Positions 38,150 through 50,579 of a DNA stretch of 64,000 nucleotides are shown here, in pieces. The notes under the pieces are model-generated. The model had not been told where the DNA came from and made no database searches. It saw only the letters and a program-made list of their open reading frames with translations. The DNA is taken from positions 15,545-79,544 of the forward strand of contig RDEW01000046.1 in the NCBI GenBank assembly GCA_011109175.1. Direction: 5' to 3'. The position numbers and the translations under genes were made by a program. Each line of letters opens with the position of its first letter. The first letter of the stretch is position 1. Origin of the DNA: Dicyema japonicum. Lineage: Eukaryota > Animalia > Dicyemida.

Positions 38150-39640
38150 AGACAATCATACTTTCCAGGGTCTTTTTAGTGATAATGATTCTATATAAGC
38201 ATATGTCCTCTCGCTTTTGTTCAATGAAACTGCATATTTCGAAAAGTAGGATGTCACCACACTTCTTAACTAGCACTATTGGGACAACCTTTGCACGGTG
38301 GACTAACTCTAATTCTTTAGATAAATGTTCAATGAAACTGCATATTTCGAAAAGTAGGATGTCACCACACTTCTTAACTAGCACTATTGGGACAACCTTT
38401 GCACGGTGGACTAACTCTAATTCTTTAGATAAATGTCATATTTTCTATATTTCTACAATTCAACTAGTTTTAAAGGAATATAAAACTGTTCTTTTATCAA
38501 ACACGAATAGATCGGGTTTGTTGTTTTTGACCATTGAATCAGTTTTAATGAAAGTTTCTACCCTTATCTCTACATTCTCATTTATAGCCACAGTCTTTAC
38601 TGAGTGAGTCTTGAGTTTCCTTTCATTCTTTAAACCATAATTTCGACAAAAATTGAAATGTAGACATCACATAACTTCATTGTGTCTTCTTACGTAGTCG
38701 CCATGGAGTTTTTTTTCGTCCAGTGTCACAATGAGTGACATTTTCCGTTTCTTGCAGAACCTACGGACGTTCTGCGAATGACAAATTTCTGTTCTGAATT
38801 AGACAATATAAGGCGTGGAGAATTATTTCGATTTAAAATCCAGTAATAAGAGTTTATCGCGCAGTCGTGACTGCGAAGGTCCAGTCACTCGACCGATATG
38901 TGCTTGTGTGGGGACTAGATAGGTGCATCGGGCCAAGATGAGGTCCCTAAAAGCATTTTTTCGCTCATAAAGATAGGGACCGCTGACTTCCTCCAAGGTT
39001 ATCACGAGGAAGATATAACCTTTGTTTCTTCGCTTGTTTAAAATTTACGAATTACTGAATCGATTCATACTCGTCAGTTTTGAACGAATTACTTAATCAA
39101 TTTCCATAAGTCCTGCATAGTAATTGTATAAAGAAAGCGTATATTCATTTATTGCCTTAAATTTATTGAATTTATTTTCTTGTCACCAAAATCTCAATTC
39201 TTCTGTTAATTTCTGTAGATATTATTCCAACATTTATGAGCTTTGACACTTGTGGATATTTTTCAGAAAGGAATCTACTCAGTAGGACCAAAACTAACAC
39301 AAAAAGAGTTGGAGAAAGACTGTCCCCCTGGAGAATGCCTCTTTCACAAGTATTTTCATTATTCAATTTAAGTTTAACTCTCCAATGTGAAATAAAAGAT
39401 CCTATGACTACATCAATCCACTCAGGAATTCTCAATTTCTCAAGGACCTCCATTAAAAATTATGATCCACCCATGGAGCAAACAGTACATTTTTATTAAT
39501 TTTTTTGAGTGATTTGTTAATGATGACTTGTTCCTTAGAAACATGACACATTTTTCTTGTACCCATCTAGTTTTCAGAGGGAAAACTAAAAGCCTCCGCA
39601 AACTCCCCAGTTTTTGATTGATACATTCCGTCAAAAGTTT
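38150..39640 (-). mobile_element. R4/Dong-like non-LTR retrotransposon remnants (RT and REL)
   Basis: GILQGDSLSPTLFVL (39172-39453); DYVRRHNEV, NNKPDLFVFDK, KVVPIVL (38150-38720); contains a 108-bp tandem duplication and an unrelated insert at about 38800-39050. Confidence 0.7.
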
Positions 39641-41010
39641 ATACAGTAAGGGTACATGTTATAGCCATTTATTATTAGGACATGGATCTATGATGATGAG
39701 CCACAGAGGCTCAAGGACCTTCTGTCTCGAATTCTACAGCAACTTTGACAAGATGGTCTTTATGGAGTCCGTGAACGATGCTTGCCCTTTCGGACCGGAT
39801 AAGCACCGGTTCAGAATGATAACCTCTAGGCCTTCAGAAATTGTAATGAAGAACTTACCCTTTTGGGTCAAGGACAGCGACCTCCTGAAATACTTTTAAG
39901 AGATGAGCCCATCTACTACGAAGGTCTCTCGAATGTTCAAAGGAGGACAGACGTTGCCAATGGCCAAGGCGTCAGTCGGACACAAAGCCGAAGCCACATC
40001 GCTAGTCCGCAGCAGGTCTTTCATTGGAAGAAACGTGGTCACTTGCAAATGAATGCGTTGAGGGCCGTTGCTTTGCTATAACTGCCAACAAATCGGACAC
40101 TTTGCATACTAATTCAAGAAGAGGAAGAAATGTTTCCAGTGTGCAGGAGAACATGATATCTCCGAATGCAAGATGGATCCGGGATCGAAAACAGACTATG
40201 TCAACTTTGGGTCTTCTAAACACGGGGCCAGATATGGAGGATGTCCCGTCATATTAAAAGCTAAACAAAAATTTGATATTCGCAACAATAAAATGCAATC
40301 AAGACAGAAGGAAAAAACCAAATCTGAAGGCAACAGGGAAACACCGTTGAGATAAACACGGCCCTGGAATCAAAGATACCGGCCGAGAGAAGTAGAATAA
40401 TAATTGGTCCCCACAACAACAATGAATCGGTCTGGCATATCCGAAGTAGCATGTCTTAAAAGATTTCCAAAAAATTAGAAGATGTAATCTCAAGACCAAA
40501 AGAACTCAGTAAAATCATTGGTGTGGATTAAAGAAGACGACGGACCTAGCAATGGAGAGTCCAGTCCACCTAAAAAACAATTGAGATGAGATCTGAAATA
40601 GTGTTGGCGAATGTTTGATCCCTAAGGAGAAAGCATCGTGATCTAACACTATTTATGACGGCCACCAGGATTGAGGTCCTGGTGGTCAACGAGACCAAGA
40701 TAAAAAAGGCCATTAATACTAAAATGGAGAGACACAACTCGATATAACTACCATGGGTGGATGGCGCCACGGATGGTACGGGAACCTCCTTCTTCTACCG
40801 TGATGACCAACAAGCACGGAACCCGAATATCGTCTCGGCCACACAATGCGAATTCGTGTACATTGAAATACGTTGCTGCGACTCGTGGACAAACATCGGG
40901 GGTCTGTATTCGAAAGATATATGAAACTGTTCTACAGAGAATAACGAATTTTTTGAAAGAAATGCAATGTCAATTCTGATGGGCGAACTAAATGCCAAGT
41001 ACATGCTAGG
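39610..41010 (+). mobile_element. I/Jockey-group LINE 5' part (ORF1 and APE start), same family as 25690-28420
   Basis: EIVMKNLPFWVKDSDL, CYNCQQIGHFAY, CFQCAGEH, GSSKHGARYGGC, IEVLVVNETK. Confidence 0.8.
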
Positions 41011-41482
41011 AAACTTTAAAATGCACCCTTGTGGAAATGGAGAATGAGAAGTGGTATGACTTTGGAAAAAACTGAAAAGTTTGTTGGGAAGATGAAAAAC
41101 GCTTTCGTATGCTTAGAGATGTTCAAAAGATTCTACAACCTAGGATGATTTTCGTAATTAAAAAGAATCTAAAACCTAACATCCAATGAGAGTCAACACC
41201 AAATTTTAAATACTACCTGTTCTAAGGGAATATATGTGGACTGAACGGGAAAACAATGTTTATTTGGTAATTATCTATTCTAAGAAAATAAATAATTGAT
41301 ATATTTAATGTAATGATCTCAAAAAGAGCCATTATTAATGTTGCATGTTGTTGGCAGCCGATTACATTATAAAACGACCTTCTAGCCATGCATCACAAAA
41401 ATAATAATAAAACGTGACATATAATTAATTTATATAAATTTAAAAATTTTAATGAAATTTAATTTACAATAATTAATATTAA

Positions 41483-41790
41483 ATAGTGGTTAGGTGTCGG
41501 GCTTAAGTGGCTTAGGTCACGGGTTTGATTCCCGCTGCTGTTCACCTGGTGGAAGGTTCCACGCATCTACGATGCTAAAAGGGTTTGGCGAGTGACGCCG
41601 TCATCAATGAAATATTCACTGCGGAACTGGATAGTCTATAACCCACACACAAGAAAAATAAAAAAAAAGTGAAGATCATTCCTTGGTTCTACCATTAGTT
41701 AAAATTAACTGTTCTTTACTTAAATAAAGTGTGTGTCCTGCCTATGCGGAGCTATAAATATTATGTTGTTATTATTTTGTCTTTGAAACT
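41483..41790 (+). mobile_element. tRNA-derived SINE, subfamily 1 (first few bases missing)
   Basis: atagtggttaggtgtcgggcttaagtggcttagg...cctatgcggagctataaatattatg is near-identical to 53435-53768. Confidence 0.9.
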
Positions 41791-41843
41791 CTGGCATCCC
41801 GACGTGAATTGTTATTATTATAGACACGTACGTAATGCCAAGA

Positions 41844-42392
41844 TCATGATAAAGCATGTGCAACACGAAAAGTTACCAATCTAATTAACATCGACCATCT
41901 TTTTCGATCCGTTGCCATGTTCAGTGGCATATGTAGATCATCCCCATCTTTAAGGCATTTTCCAATCCTACTGAGATCTTCAACTAGGATTACTGGCAGT
42001 GTTGTCATCGGCCGTCGCGGAAACGCGAATTCTCTGTGGCTCATCCTCATAGATTCTGATTCGTCGTAAGGGTACAGAATATTTGCGAACTTTATCGCGC
42101 TCATAGCTGAGTAAACTGAAATCAGCACAGTCAGGTTGTTGGAGTGCTTATTAGTGGTCTCAGTCGTTTTCGTATCGCTTTCACTAACAGGTTCAGCTTT
42201 CTTGGTTATGGGTTCTGGGTTGGTCACCGATATAGGCATTCCATTTGCGGATTTAAATTCTTCAGCTCTGCACGTCGTCTTGTCCTCCGCAAAGGATTTA
42301 ACGATTGCAGTTTCGGAGGGCGAAGAGTTGCTATGCTTCGTTGCTCGTGTATTTGTCTTTAGTACAATGGTTTTTATTAATCGTACGTCCAA
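41844..42392 (-). CDS. Unassigned intronless ORF (182 aa), S/T/K/E-rich N-terminal half
   Basis: Open frame of 549 nt in AT-rich DNA; no recognisable domain; may be transposon-derived. Confidence 0.25.
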   Translation of the reverse strand: MDVRLIKTIVLKTNTRATKHSNSSPSETAIVKSFAEDKTTCRAEEFKSANGMPISVTNPEPITKKAEPVSESDTKTTETTNKHSNNLTVLISVYSAMSAIKFANILYPYDESESMRMSHREFAFPRRPMTTLPVILVEDLSRIGKCLKDGDDLHMPLNMATDRKRWSMLIRLVTFRVAHALS

Positions 42393-42596
42393 TTAATTCG
42401 AGAATTAATAGAGAAAGGGAGAATCTTTGAGGACATCATTCTGGAGGAGACGGGATCTCGATATTGAATGGCTTTTGCACACACCGGTAAGAAAATTGGC
42501 TATCCATCGTTTTAAAGTCGGATGAATGAAGGAGTTAAAGATTTTTTTCGTTAGTAGGATTCTTGGAAAAAAAATTCTTAAAATTTAATATTAATA

Positions 42597-43830
42597 ATGT
42601 TCGCACATTCCGAGGAGCCATATCAGTTATCACTCCCCACAGACAGAACACACAATTTATTATTAAGCAAAGAACCACATTCCTTGATTCTCTCTCGATT
42701 TGCTATAAAAAATAAAAAGACTTTTCAACATGGATTCAAAAATGAGAGATCCACGTCTACATACTTGCAAACATTGACCAAATTCATTCGAGGCGGATTC
42801 ACAACCAAGCTGAGACACTTTAAAACAGTGCTCTGCTTGATCGACATACATAAGCCTTTTGACTCAGTCTCGAGGAAGATTCTATCGAGAAAAATATTTC
42901 AATCGGAGATCCCAGAAAAGCTAAAGCTTTGGATTATTAACTTCCTAAGTGGACGAAGGGGACGTGTTCGTCTCGGAGGTCTGAAATCAATCTCACGGCT
43001 CCTCCCAAACGGAGTCCCTCAAGGATCGCCTATATCCCCTGCTCTGTTTAACCTCTTTCTGGCTGATATCCCGAGTCTTGAATCTGATAATGATGTTCTA
43101 TTTTCCTATATATGATATTATGTTGGCTTCGCGAGATCAGGACATCCAGAAGGCCACAGAAAGAATACAAATTAACCTTTACAGGCTTAATGCCTGGATA
43201 ATGGAAAACCGGCTCGTGGTGAATGCAGAGATGTCGTCACTATTTACCTCTGACAAAAGATTGGGAAGGAAGACAGTCACCTTGAAGTTAAACAAGGTCG
43301 GCATCCCTTTCCACAGATGTCAAAGGATCTTGGGTGTGACAATTGATATGCATCTCTGTTTAACACCTCACGTAGAAAACATTCTATTGAAATGCGAGAA
43401 GAAACTGAACGTATTGACAAGTTTATCTGAAATATGGATGAGTGGTACTCACCCAGTCTTAATGAACGTATACAAACAATACATCGAGCCATATTTCTCA
43501 TATGCATGCGCCTCGTGGGGACCATCCATATCTTGGACAAATATGAGGAAAATTGAGGAAATGCAAAAGAGGGCTTACAGAGTAACGGAGCGTTGAATTT
43601 GTGAAGATCATCGACTCGGATCTACGCCTCTAGAGGCCCTTATGAGACTAGAATTCAGATCACGAGAAGTTGGTCCTGAAAATTCAGGCAGCCTGTACGT
43701 TCATGCGCGGGCACAAAGGAAGAACACCGGGAAAAGATGAGGTCTGTTAGAATGCATCGGGATCACGTGATAATTAGTTTTGTTTTACCGTGGTCTTGGT
43801 TCAAATAAAAAAATAAAAATAAATTAAAAT
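42597..43830 (+). mobile_element. I/Jockey-like LINE 3' half with A-rich tail
   Basis: QHGFKNERST, IDIHKPFDSV, GVPQGSPISPALFN, ILGVTID; 3' motif cgggatcacgtga and an aaaat-type tail at 43803-43833. Confidence 0.85.
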
Positions 43831-43833
43831 AAA

Positions 43834-46685
43834 TTATGGCACTTTCACGAAAGCCATAATGTGTATAGCCCCGCATGTGCAACACTCAAAGAAACAATAT
43901 TTATAGTTAGTCTGTTCCATTTTCCTTTTTCGAATGCAAGTGATCTCAATTCGTCCAGGTTGTCCCTCGTCTTTAGATTTTTTTCTCACACGATTTAGTT
44001 CTTTGTTCAAGGCAGTCGGAAGTGTCGATCTAGGTCGTCCGCGGAAGGGTTTGTCGCAACTGTCAAAGTAATCTTCCATCGCTTTGTTAGCGGGTGCGTC
44101 CGGGTTCATTTTTAGTACATGCCCAAATAGCCTCCACCGGGCATCTATCACATCCTTGCTGGTGTAAGAACACATACACCTGTTGTAAAGCCTCCATCTG
44201 ATGTCAATTCCAAGTCCTTTGGCTTTTATCCATCCTTTCTTCTGTTTAGCCATTGCCGCATTTGCCAGTGTTTTTCTCCTTAGTACATCTTCAACGTCTT
44301 TTAGTAGAGAGCCGAGCTTATTAGTACATCTCTACTTATTAGTACATCTCCATCTTTCATGTAATATCGTCTTCCCTTTTGATTTCCGTAATTTCAGTTT
44401 TGTTTACATTTACGCTGAGAAACCATTTCTCAAGCTCCACAGGTGCATTTTCTAGCAGGTGTTGGAGTGCGGTCACGTCTCGTGATACAAAATCCACATC
44501 ATCCACATAAGATGTCTCTTCTATGTCTCCTATATAGCATTTATGGAGGTCGCGGAGTGGAGATTCAAGGTATATGGTGAATAGTAAAGGGCAGAGGGAA
44601 TCACCCTGGGGTGTCCCAATCGTTGTTTTGAAACTTGGGAAGTTGTTCCTTCTGTCCTCACAGATAGTCTTGTGTTCGCAAGTAGTAGTCTGATTATCCT
44701 AACCGACAATTCATCCAATATTTGCTCAAGCACATTTATTAGTTTCTGTCTGTTTATTGAGTCGAAAGCTTTGGAGAGATCTATTCCCAACAAGGTCGTT
44801 GCGCTCTTGAATTTTGGTGCGTTACGCAGCGCCATCTGTGGCTCCATACAATGTCTGCCGTAGATCTCCCTTCTCGGAACCCACTTTGATTTGCTGACAG
44901 GTATAGATCTGCCACACCCTTTATCCGGCTTAGTGCAACGTTTGCCAGCACCTTGGGTATCGAATTCAGAAGTATTATCGGGCGGAGATTTTCTACTGGT
45001 CCTTTTGATTTATTCGGTTTTTGTATGGGTATTAATAGTCCATTTCCAAGTCCTAGATCGGTATTAGTTTCAAAGATGTCATTTAGGGTTTTTGCAATTG
45101 TGTCGCTAAGTCTTTTTGGCCCATATTTTAGGAGCTCAGGGCTTATGTTGTCCGGCCCAACACTCTTGTTGTTCTTCAGTTTATTCCATCTCTTCCACTG
45201 TGATTGGAATTTTTAGCGCCTTTGCTTCTCCCTGGAAAAAGGGAAAGTCATTATTTTCTTTATTCAACAGTGTTTCGAAGTGTCATCAATTCTGCTTTTT
45301 CTTCCGGGTTACCCACGAATTTTCATCTTTGTCTTTGATGTGAAGGGTGTTTTGTCCTTTTTTGTCCGCAGCAGCCGTAAAGCCGCATACATCCTTGAAT
45401 TGTCCTTTAGACATTCCACATCTTTTAATAGGGATGTAATACTTTCTCGTGAGTGTTTTCTGTTCATCTTTTTGATTTTCCATTTTAGTTCCCTTTGTTG
45501 GATATTAAGCTCTTTTTTTTACTCTCGTCTGACGTGTTTGCCGCTTTTAGCCGTAGCTCTCTTCAATGCTCTGCCATATCTGGCACGTTCGGGTAGTTTT
45601 AGGGCGTGATGATTTCGGACTCCAAGGCATATATTGGCCGACTTGGAGATTACCTGCTTTGTTTGATCCCACAGAGTTCGTACTGATGATTCCGGTGCGG
45701 TTTTTTCCATAAGAGTCTCGATTTGTTCGTGATATTTAGCTCTAAAAGTTGGCTCTAACCACAATTTTTCTGTCTAAAAGTATATATTTGGCCTTTGTCT
45801 CGCCTTCTTCGCGTTTTCAATGTATTTTTTCCCAGTCAGGTGCTTTTTTACACAAAGTTTTGCATGACGATCCTGTGGTCGCTGGCAGGAACGTAAATCA
45901 TTTAGCAAATGTTTATCAGACTTTCACCAGCTAATGTAGTCGATTTGATTATATATATTCACGGTCTCTCCGACAAAGTTTTTTCTTTGTCCGTGCCACG
46001 TCGTCTTGTGGCAAGCTGAGTGCGTGAAGGCCGTGTTGCACAGTAAAAGGCTATTTGCCTCGCAGAAGTTCACCAGAGAGGCTCCAGATGCATTTCTCCT
46101 TCCGAGCCCGTGTCTTCCAAAAGAGGATTCTTCGGCCCCATTCGTATTCCGACCTTTGCATTCATATCTCCCGCAACAAAGACAAGGGACAAAGAAGCAT
46201 TATTAGAGTATGTGCTTGATAGTTCTGAGTAGAATCTCTCGAGCTCACCGGGGTTCTTGATTACTCGTCCACAGTGTGGTGTATGGACATTTATGTCAGT
46301 TAATAGACTTTTGGACATTTAGTTTGACTTATAGGACACATATTCGGTTGTTGACTCTCCAATACCAATGTAATTTTTTGTGGTAATCCACGTATAAGGC
46401 AAATCCCATTCCATAGTGCTTGCATTCAGTTGGGAAGAGAAATAGTCGGTAGTTGTTTCATGTCTCATCGCGTCCATTTTCGATTTTCTTCTCTTGTAGG
46501 CAGCCAATAGATATTTTGTATTTTTCGAGATCGTCACAAAGTACTTTCTTTGTCCAATCTTTCGATATTCCACGTACATTGAACGTCATTAGCCTGAGTT
46601 CTCGATTGTACAATGAGTGCTTTTTTAGACAATTTTTTAATCGTTGTACAGAGAAGAAACGAGGCACGTCACCACCTCACCAAAA
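43834..46685 (-). mobile_element. RTE-clade retrotransposon, copy B, near full length but frameshifted and internally deleted
   Basis: APE start LMTFNVRG..CLQE, VAGDMNAKVG; RT motifs as in copy A; 3' hairpin ttatggc...gccataa (43834-43859); 5' motif tggtgaggtggtgacgtgcctc. Confidence 0.9.
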
Positions 46686-46779
46686 AATATAGACTTAAAA
46701 AATAAATTCTTTGAGTTTTGATTAGAAACCAATTTATAATAAGAAATGGAATTCAATATGAAGATATTTCAAACAAATT

Positions 46780-47595
46780 CCGAAAATTCTATCCAGAAGA
46801 TGACCCTTTGGAACTAATTGGCATAAGTATTAGAATTCCTAAGTAAACTATAAATATTTTCAAGGTATATATTCCATCTACTAGCTCTTGTCCAAGTGGG
46901 TATTACCCTAACCTACAGAATTTCTCAAACCTCAAAAACGTACTACTATGTGGTGACATCAACGACAACGATCAATTATGGTATGAAGACCAGAAACCAG
47001 ACAGTAAAGGAAACCTACTGGCCAGAAATTTGGGACAATTTTGCATATTAAATAACACCCAAAACAACAAAAGAACACCTACTCGCACAGGAGACAAACC
47101 TACATCCACTGACCTCTCTTTATGTTCCCAATCAATGTTTCCCCTCATCAACTGGACTTTAAAAGATGAACTAAGAAGTGATCACAACCCTATTATGATG
47201 AAAATCAACACTGAAAAAAAATTTATCAGACAGAATTTTACTTTTTTAAATTTTGAAAGCGCGGATTAATCCAACTTCTCTAATTACATCGACATCAATA
47301 TGGAAGTATTTTGTACATTGGTATTCTCATCAATTGACCAAATGATCAAAACTTTCACGGATATTATACTCCAAGCAAGAAAACTATTTATTCCAATGGG
47401 ATGCCATCAATCAAGGAATACCTATTATAATACACATACAAAAACACTTATCAGAGAAAGAAATAAATTTAAGAGGCAAAAGGATTTATCAAATGACGAT
47501 TTCCAAAAAATGAAAACCTTAAATATACAAATTAAACAAGTTACCCAATCTAGAATCAAGAAGCGATGGACATCACTTATTGATTCTCTGTCGTC
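46780..47595 (+). mobile_element. I/Jockey-like LINE APE fragment, interrupted by an RTE element
   Basis: LLCGDIND, LRSDHNPI; DNA is similar to 11500-11850. Confidence 0.7.
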
Positions 47596-47599
47596 TATT

Positions 47600-48895
47600 T
47601 GGTTGAGCTGGTGACGTGGCTCTATTGCACACATGTCTTTTTCGTGCTTTTCTTCGGGATCTTTCACTATTAGCTCGTTCAATGTAAGAGGATTAAAGTC
47701 GGATACTAAAAGAAGAAATTTATGCGTGGATCTTGGATCGTACAAGGTAACCGTGGCGTGCTTACAGGAAACGAAAGTAAAAGGCGGACTAGATGAAATC
47801 AACAATGATTTCCGCCTGATTCTGCACCCTTCGAATTGCCCACACTACGGCATGGGATTTGCAATACAAAAAGAACTGAACAATCGAATCCACAAGACGT
47901 GGATGGTGAGCGATAGAATATGTGTTTTACAATTAAAATACGGTGAAAGGAACAATTCCATAATCTCCATTATTAATGTATATGCACCAACTTCGGTGAG
48001 AGTATCAATCAATGGAGACGAACTAGACGACTTCTATTCCTCCCTGTCGCAACTATATGCATCTTTGGAAACATCGTTCATGACATACATCGCCGGAGAT
48101 TGGAACGCAAAGGCAGGACGTGGGAGTAGTCACGAAGAATTCATGGGAAGCCATGGAAGGGGGATCAGGAACCATTCAGGAGAATCGCTTATCGAATTTT
48201 GCAATACATTCAAACTATTTTATGCAATACTGCTTTCAGGCACTCAGCAAGACATAAGAAGACATGGAGCTGCTACCGAAAGGATAAATCTGGGACTATC
48301 AAGCCTATATATAACCAAATAGATTACATGCAAACAAGCCTACAAAGCACTGCTAACATATTCTCGGAGTTACTGTGGGACACTAGTAGATAGTGATCAC
48401 AGATTGGTTGTGGCACGTTTTCTTTTCAAACGATATTTTGGGGTTTCCAAAGCGGCTGGTATGAGGATATCTTAGGGGAGGTTCGCAGTAGAGCAACTCT
48501 GCATGGTGGGACCGACTCGGGAAAGCTATCAAATTACATTGAGAGAAAAAATCAGACAGTGGAATAAAGAAAAAATGCCTGGGGAGCTGTGGCAAGACAC
48601 CATCGATGCAATAAAGTGCGCGGCCCATTCAACAGTTTGAGTAAAACTGAAGCATTTCAACGGGCACTATGACCACGAGCTTGAAGAACTATCCAAATTG
48701 CAGAGAAACCTAAGTTTACAGGTCGAAACCTGTCAGGACCAGGCAAAGGAACACACTCTAAGAGTCATGCGGAACCAAACCCTGTATAAAATAAAGAAAA
48801 GAACAAGGGAAATAAAGGAAAATAAACTTGCTGGAATGGCTAAAGAAGTAGAAAGACTCAAAAGCGGAGCGCAAATGTTCAAGGCTGTTCATTAG
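47600..48895 (+). mobile_element. RTE-clade retrotransposon 5' part (APE), family C
   Basis: ORF 47633: SSFNVRG..CLQETK..HYGMGFAI..SDRICVLQ..INVYAPT..IAGDWNAK; then NQIDY, DSDHRLVVA. Confidence 0.85.
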
Positions 48896-48899
48896 AGTG

Positions 48900-49380
48900 T
48901 AAACGGTGTACCAGGCAGTGACAATGTTAAGGGATTTAAGGTAACATTTAATTACATTAGTATCTCCAATAATATATGCATATTCTGTAATAAATTATAA
49001 TTATTTACTATTTTTGCATTATTTGTTCACTCAACTTGGTCTCCGTAAATGTGAGGTAGTTGGGAATATTTAAAGATAAGTCCTTCAGCAATTTGCCGGA
49101 ATAAAATTTCAGGCTTTTCCACCGATTCTTAATATTTAATTAAAATACTTGGCTTTATTACTTTTATAGTTGGGGAGTATATCACATTGTTTTTGATAGA
49201 GGCAATGCACTGAAAATCCCCAACTGTGGCTTCGTTGAAGTTTAAGATTGGTTTTCTGATGATTGTTCCATTGACTTTCCATTTAATTCTACATTTAAAT
49301 ACTAAATTCAACTTTGCCGAATAATCAGTTTTACAGTTAATTTCCATGTGTCTTGCTGAGATTGTTAAAAAATTTGGCAA
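48900..49380 (-). pseudogene. Immunoglobulin-superfamily domain fragment(s)
   Basis: Removing a 24-nt GT-AG intron gives INCKTDYSAKIKWKVNG...GDFQCIAS (Ig C-x9-W...GxF/YxC pattern); downstream GDTNVIKC...TAWY resembles a second domain; no start or signal peptide found and the frames are not fully resolved. Confidence 0.45.
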
Positions 49381-49574
49381 ATTAATTTTAGTGAATTTAT
49401 GTTAATTATAATTTAAAATAGGAAAAACATAAATGAACCGCAAAATAATTATTATCGTAACAAAATTTATACATGATTTTATTACAAAACAAAGTAATTT
49501 ACTATTTATATTTCATAAACTATTTTTTTATTTTTTTTAAACAAAATAATTTTTTTAACAATTAAACAAATGTC

Positions 49575-49830
49575 AGTTGAGGAAGCCGGCTGCGTGGATT
49601 GCGAACGAGTTCCCTCGGAGTATGGCTATTCCAATCTTTTGTCTTAGCCATAACCCTTCTCGTTGATCCCTTTTTTTTCTGGCAAGCAATCCTCCGAGTT
49701 CTCGCAAGAACTCAGCCGTCATTGGACCAACGGCTCCTGATGATTCGGTCGCAACAGGAGTAAATCGGTAGGGATCCCCGAGGAAAGAATATTTCTTGAT
49801 TTTTAGGTTCTCCGCAGTCGCTATTTTGAA
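49575..49830 (-). mobile_element. CRE-like retrotransposon 3' end (REL C-terminus)
   Basis: KIKKY...RFTPVATESSGAVGP...FLRELG...DQREGLWLRQKIGIAILRGNS*. Confidence 0.75.
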
Positions 49831-50224
49831 AACTATTTTGAAATTTCATAAATAAATTTCATAAACTAAAATTACAGATTTATTTGCAGTAAATTTAACA
49901 ACCAACAATATATCTCATCTCCATGGTAAAATTTCAAATTATAAATTCCAACAGCGAATTGTGAATTTTACTATTTTTGTTTTAAACTTAAAAATGTCTT
50001 ATGACAGATGTATGGTATTGATTTATTACTTTGATTATCAAATCCAAGTTTTACTACGAATAATCGCTTAGTCTCCCCAAATTCTATAATAATGTAGGAA
50101 TATAAATTTATTTTATGAAAAAACAGGTCGTGCACTTTTGTCATTTGTTACATCCTTCCTGATTTGGATGATTCATAACAGTTGATGACACAGTAGTGTT
50201 TTATTCAAAAACTCTAAAAATTAA

Positions 50225-50400
50225 TAAATAAAAATCAATAAAAATTTTGACTTTATTGACCTAAAAAATTAAATTTTGACCTTTTTGACATTAGAACCCC
50301 CCGCTCAATCCGGAAATGCGTTGGAACCCGGGAAGAACACCGAGCAAGAATAAAAAAAAATTTGCGGGGGCGATTAAATATAAAGGTTGAGAACCACTAA
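50225..50400. mobile_element. Possible hAT-type MITE end (one TIR-like sequence, subterminal ttttgac repeats)
   Basis: ggttgagaaccacta at 50386-50400 is the reverse complement of a hAT/Charlie-type YAGTGGTTCTCAACC TIR; ttttgactttattgac repeats recur inverted at 30275-30350; no partner TIR found. Confidence 0.35.
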
Positions 50401-50579
50401 TCTAATTGATTCCTCTGCCCATATAGCATTTCCTAAACTTGACCATATTTTCAAAATTTTTATTTAAAATTTATTTTTATTAACTAATTGTTTAAAATTT
50501 AGAATTTTAATTGTACTTAAATTGATTTATAACATATTTTTTATTTTTAAATTTAAATAAACTTTAAATCGAATCGTGT

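Noticed and set aside
37998-38607. ORFs with a perfect 36-aa internal repeat
   Set aside because: Produced by a 108-bp duplication inside R4-like REL sequence; not a repeat protein.
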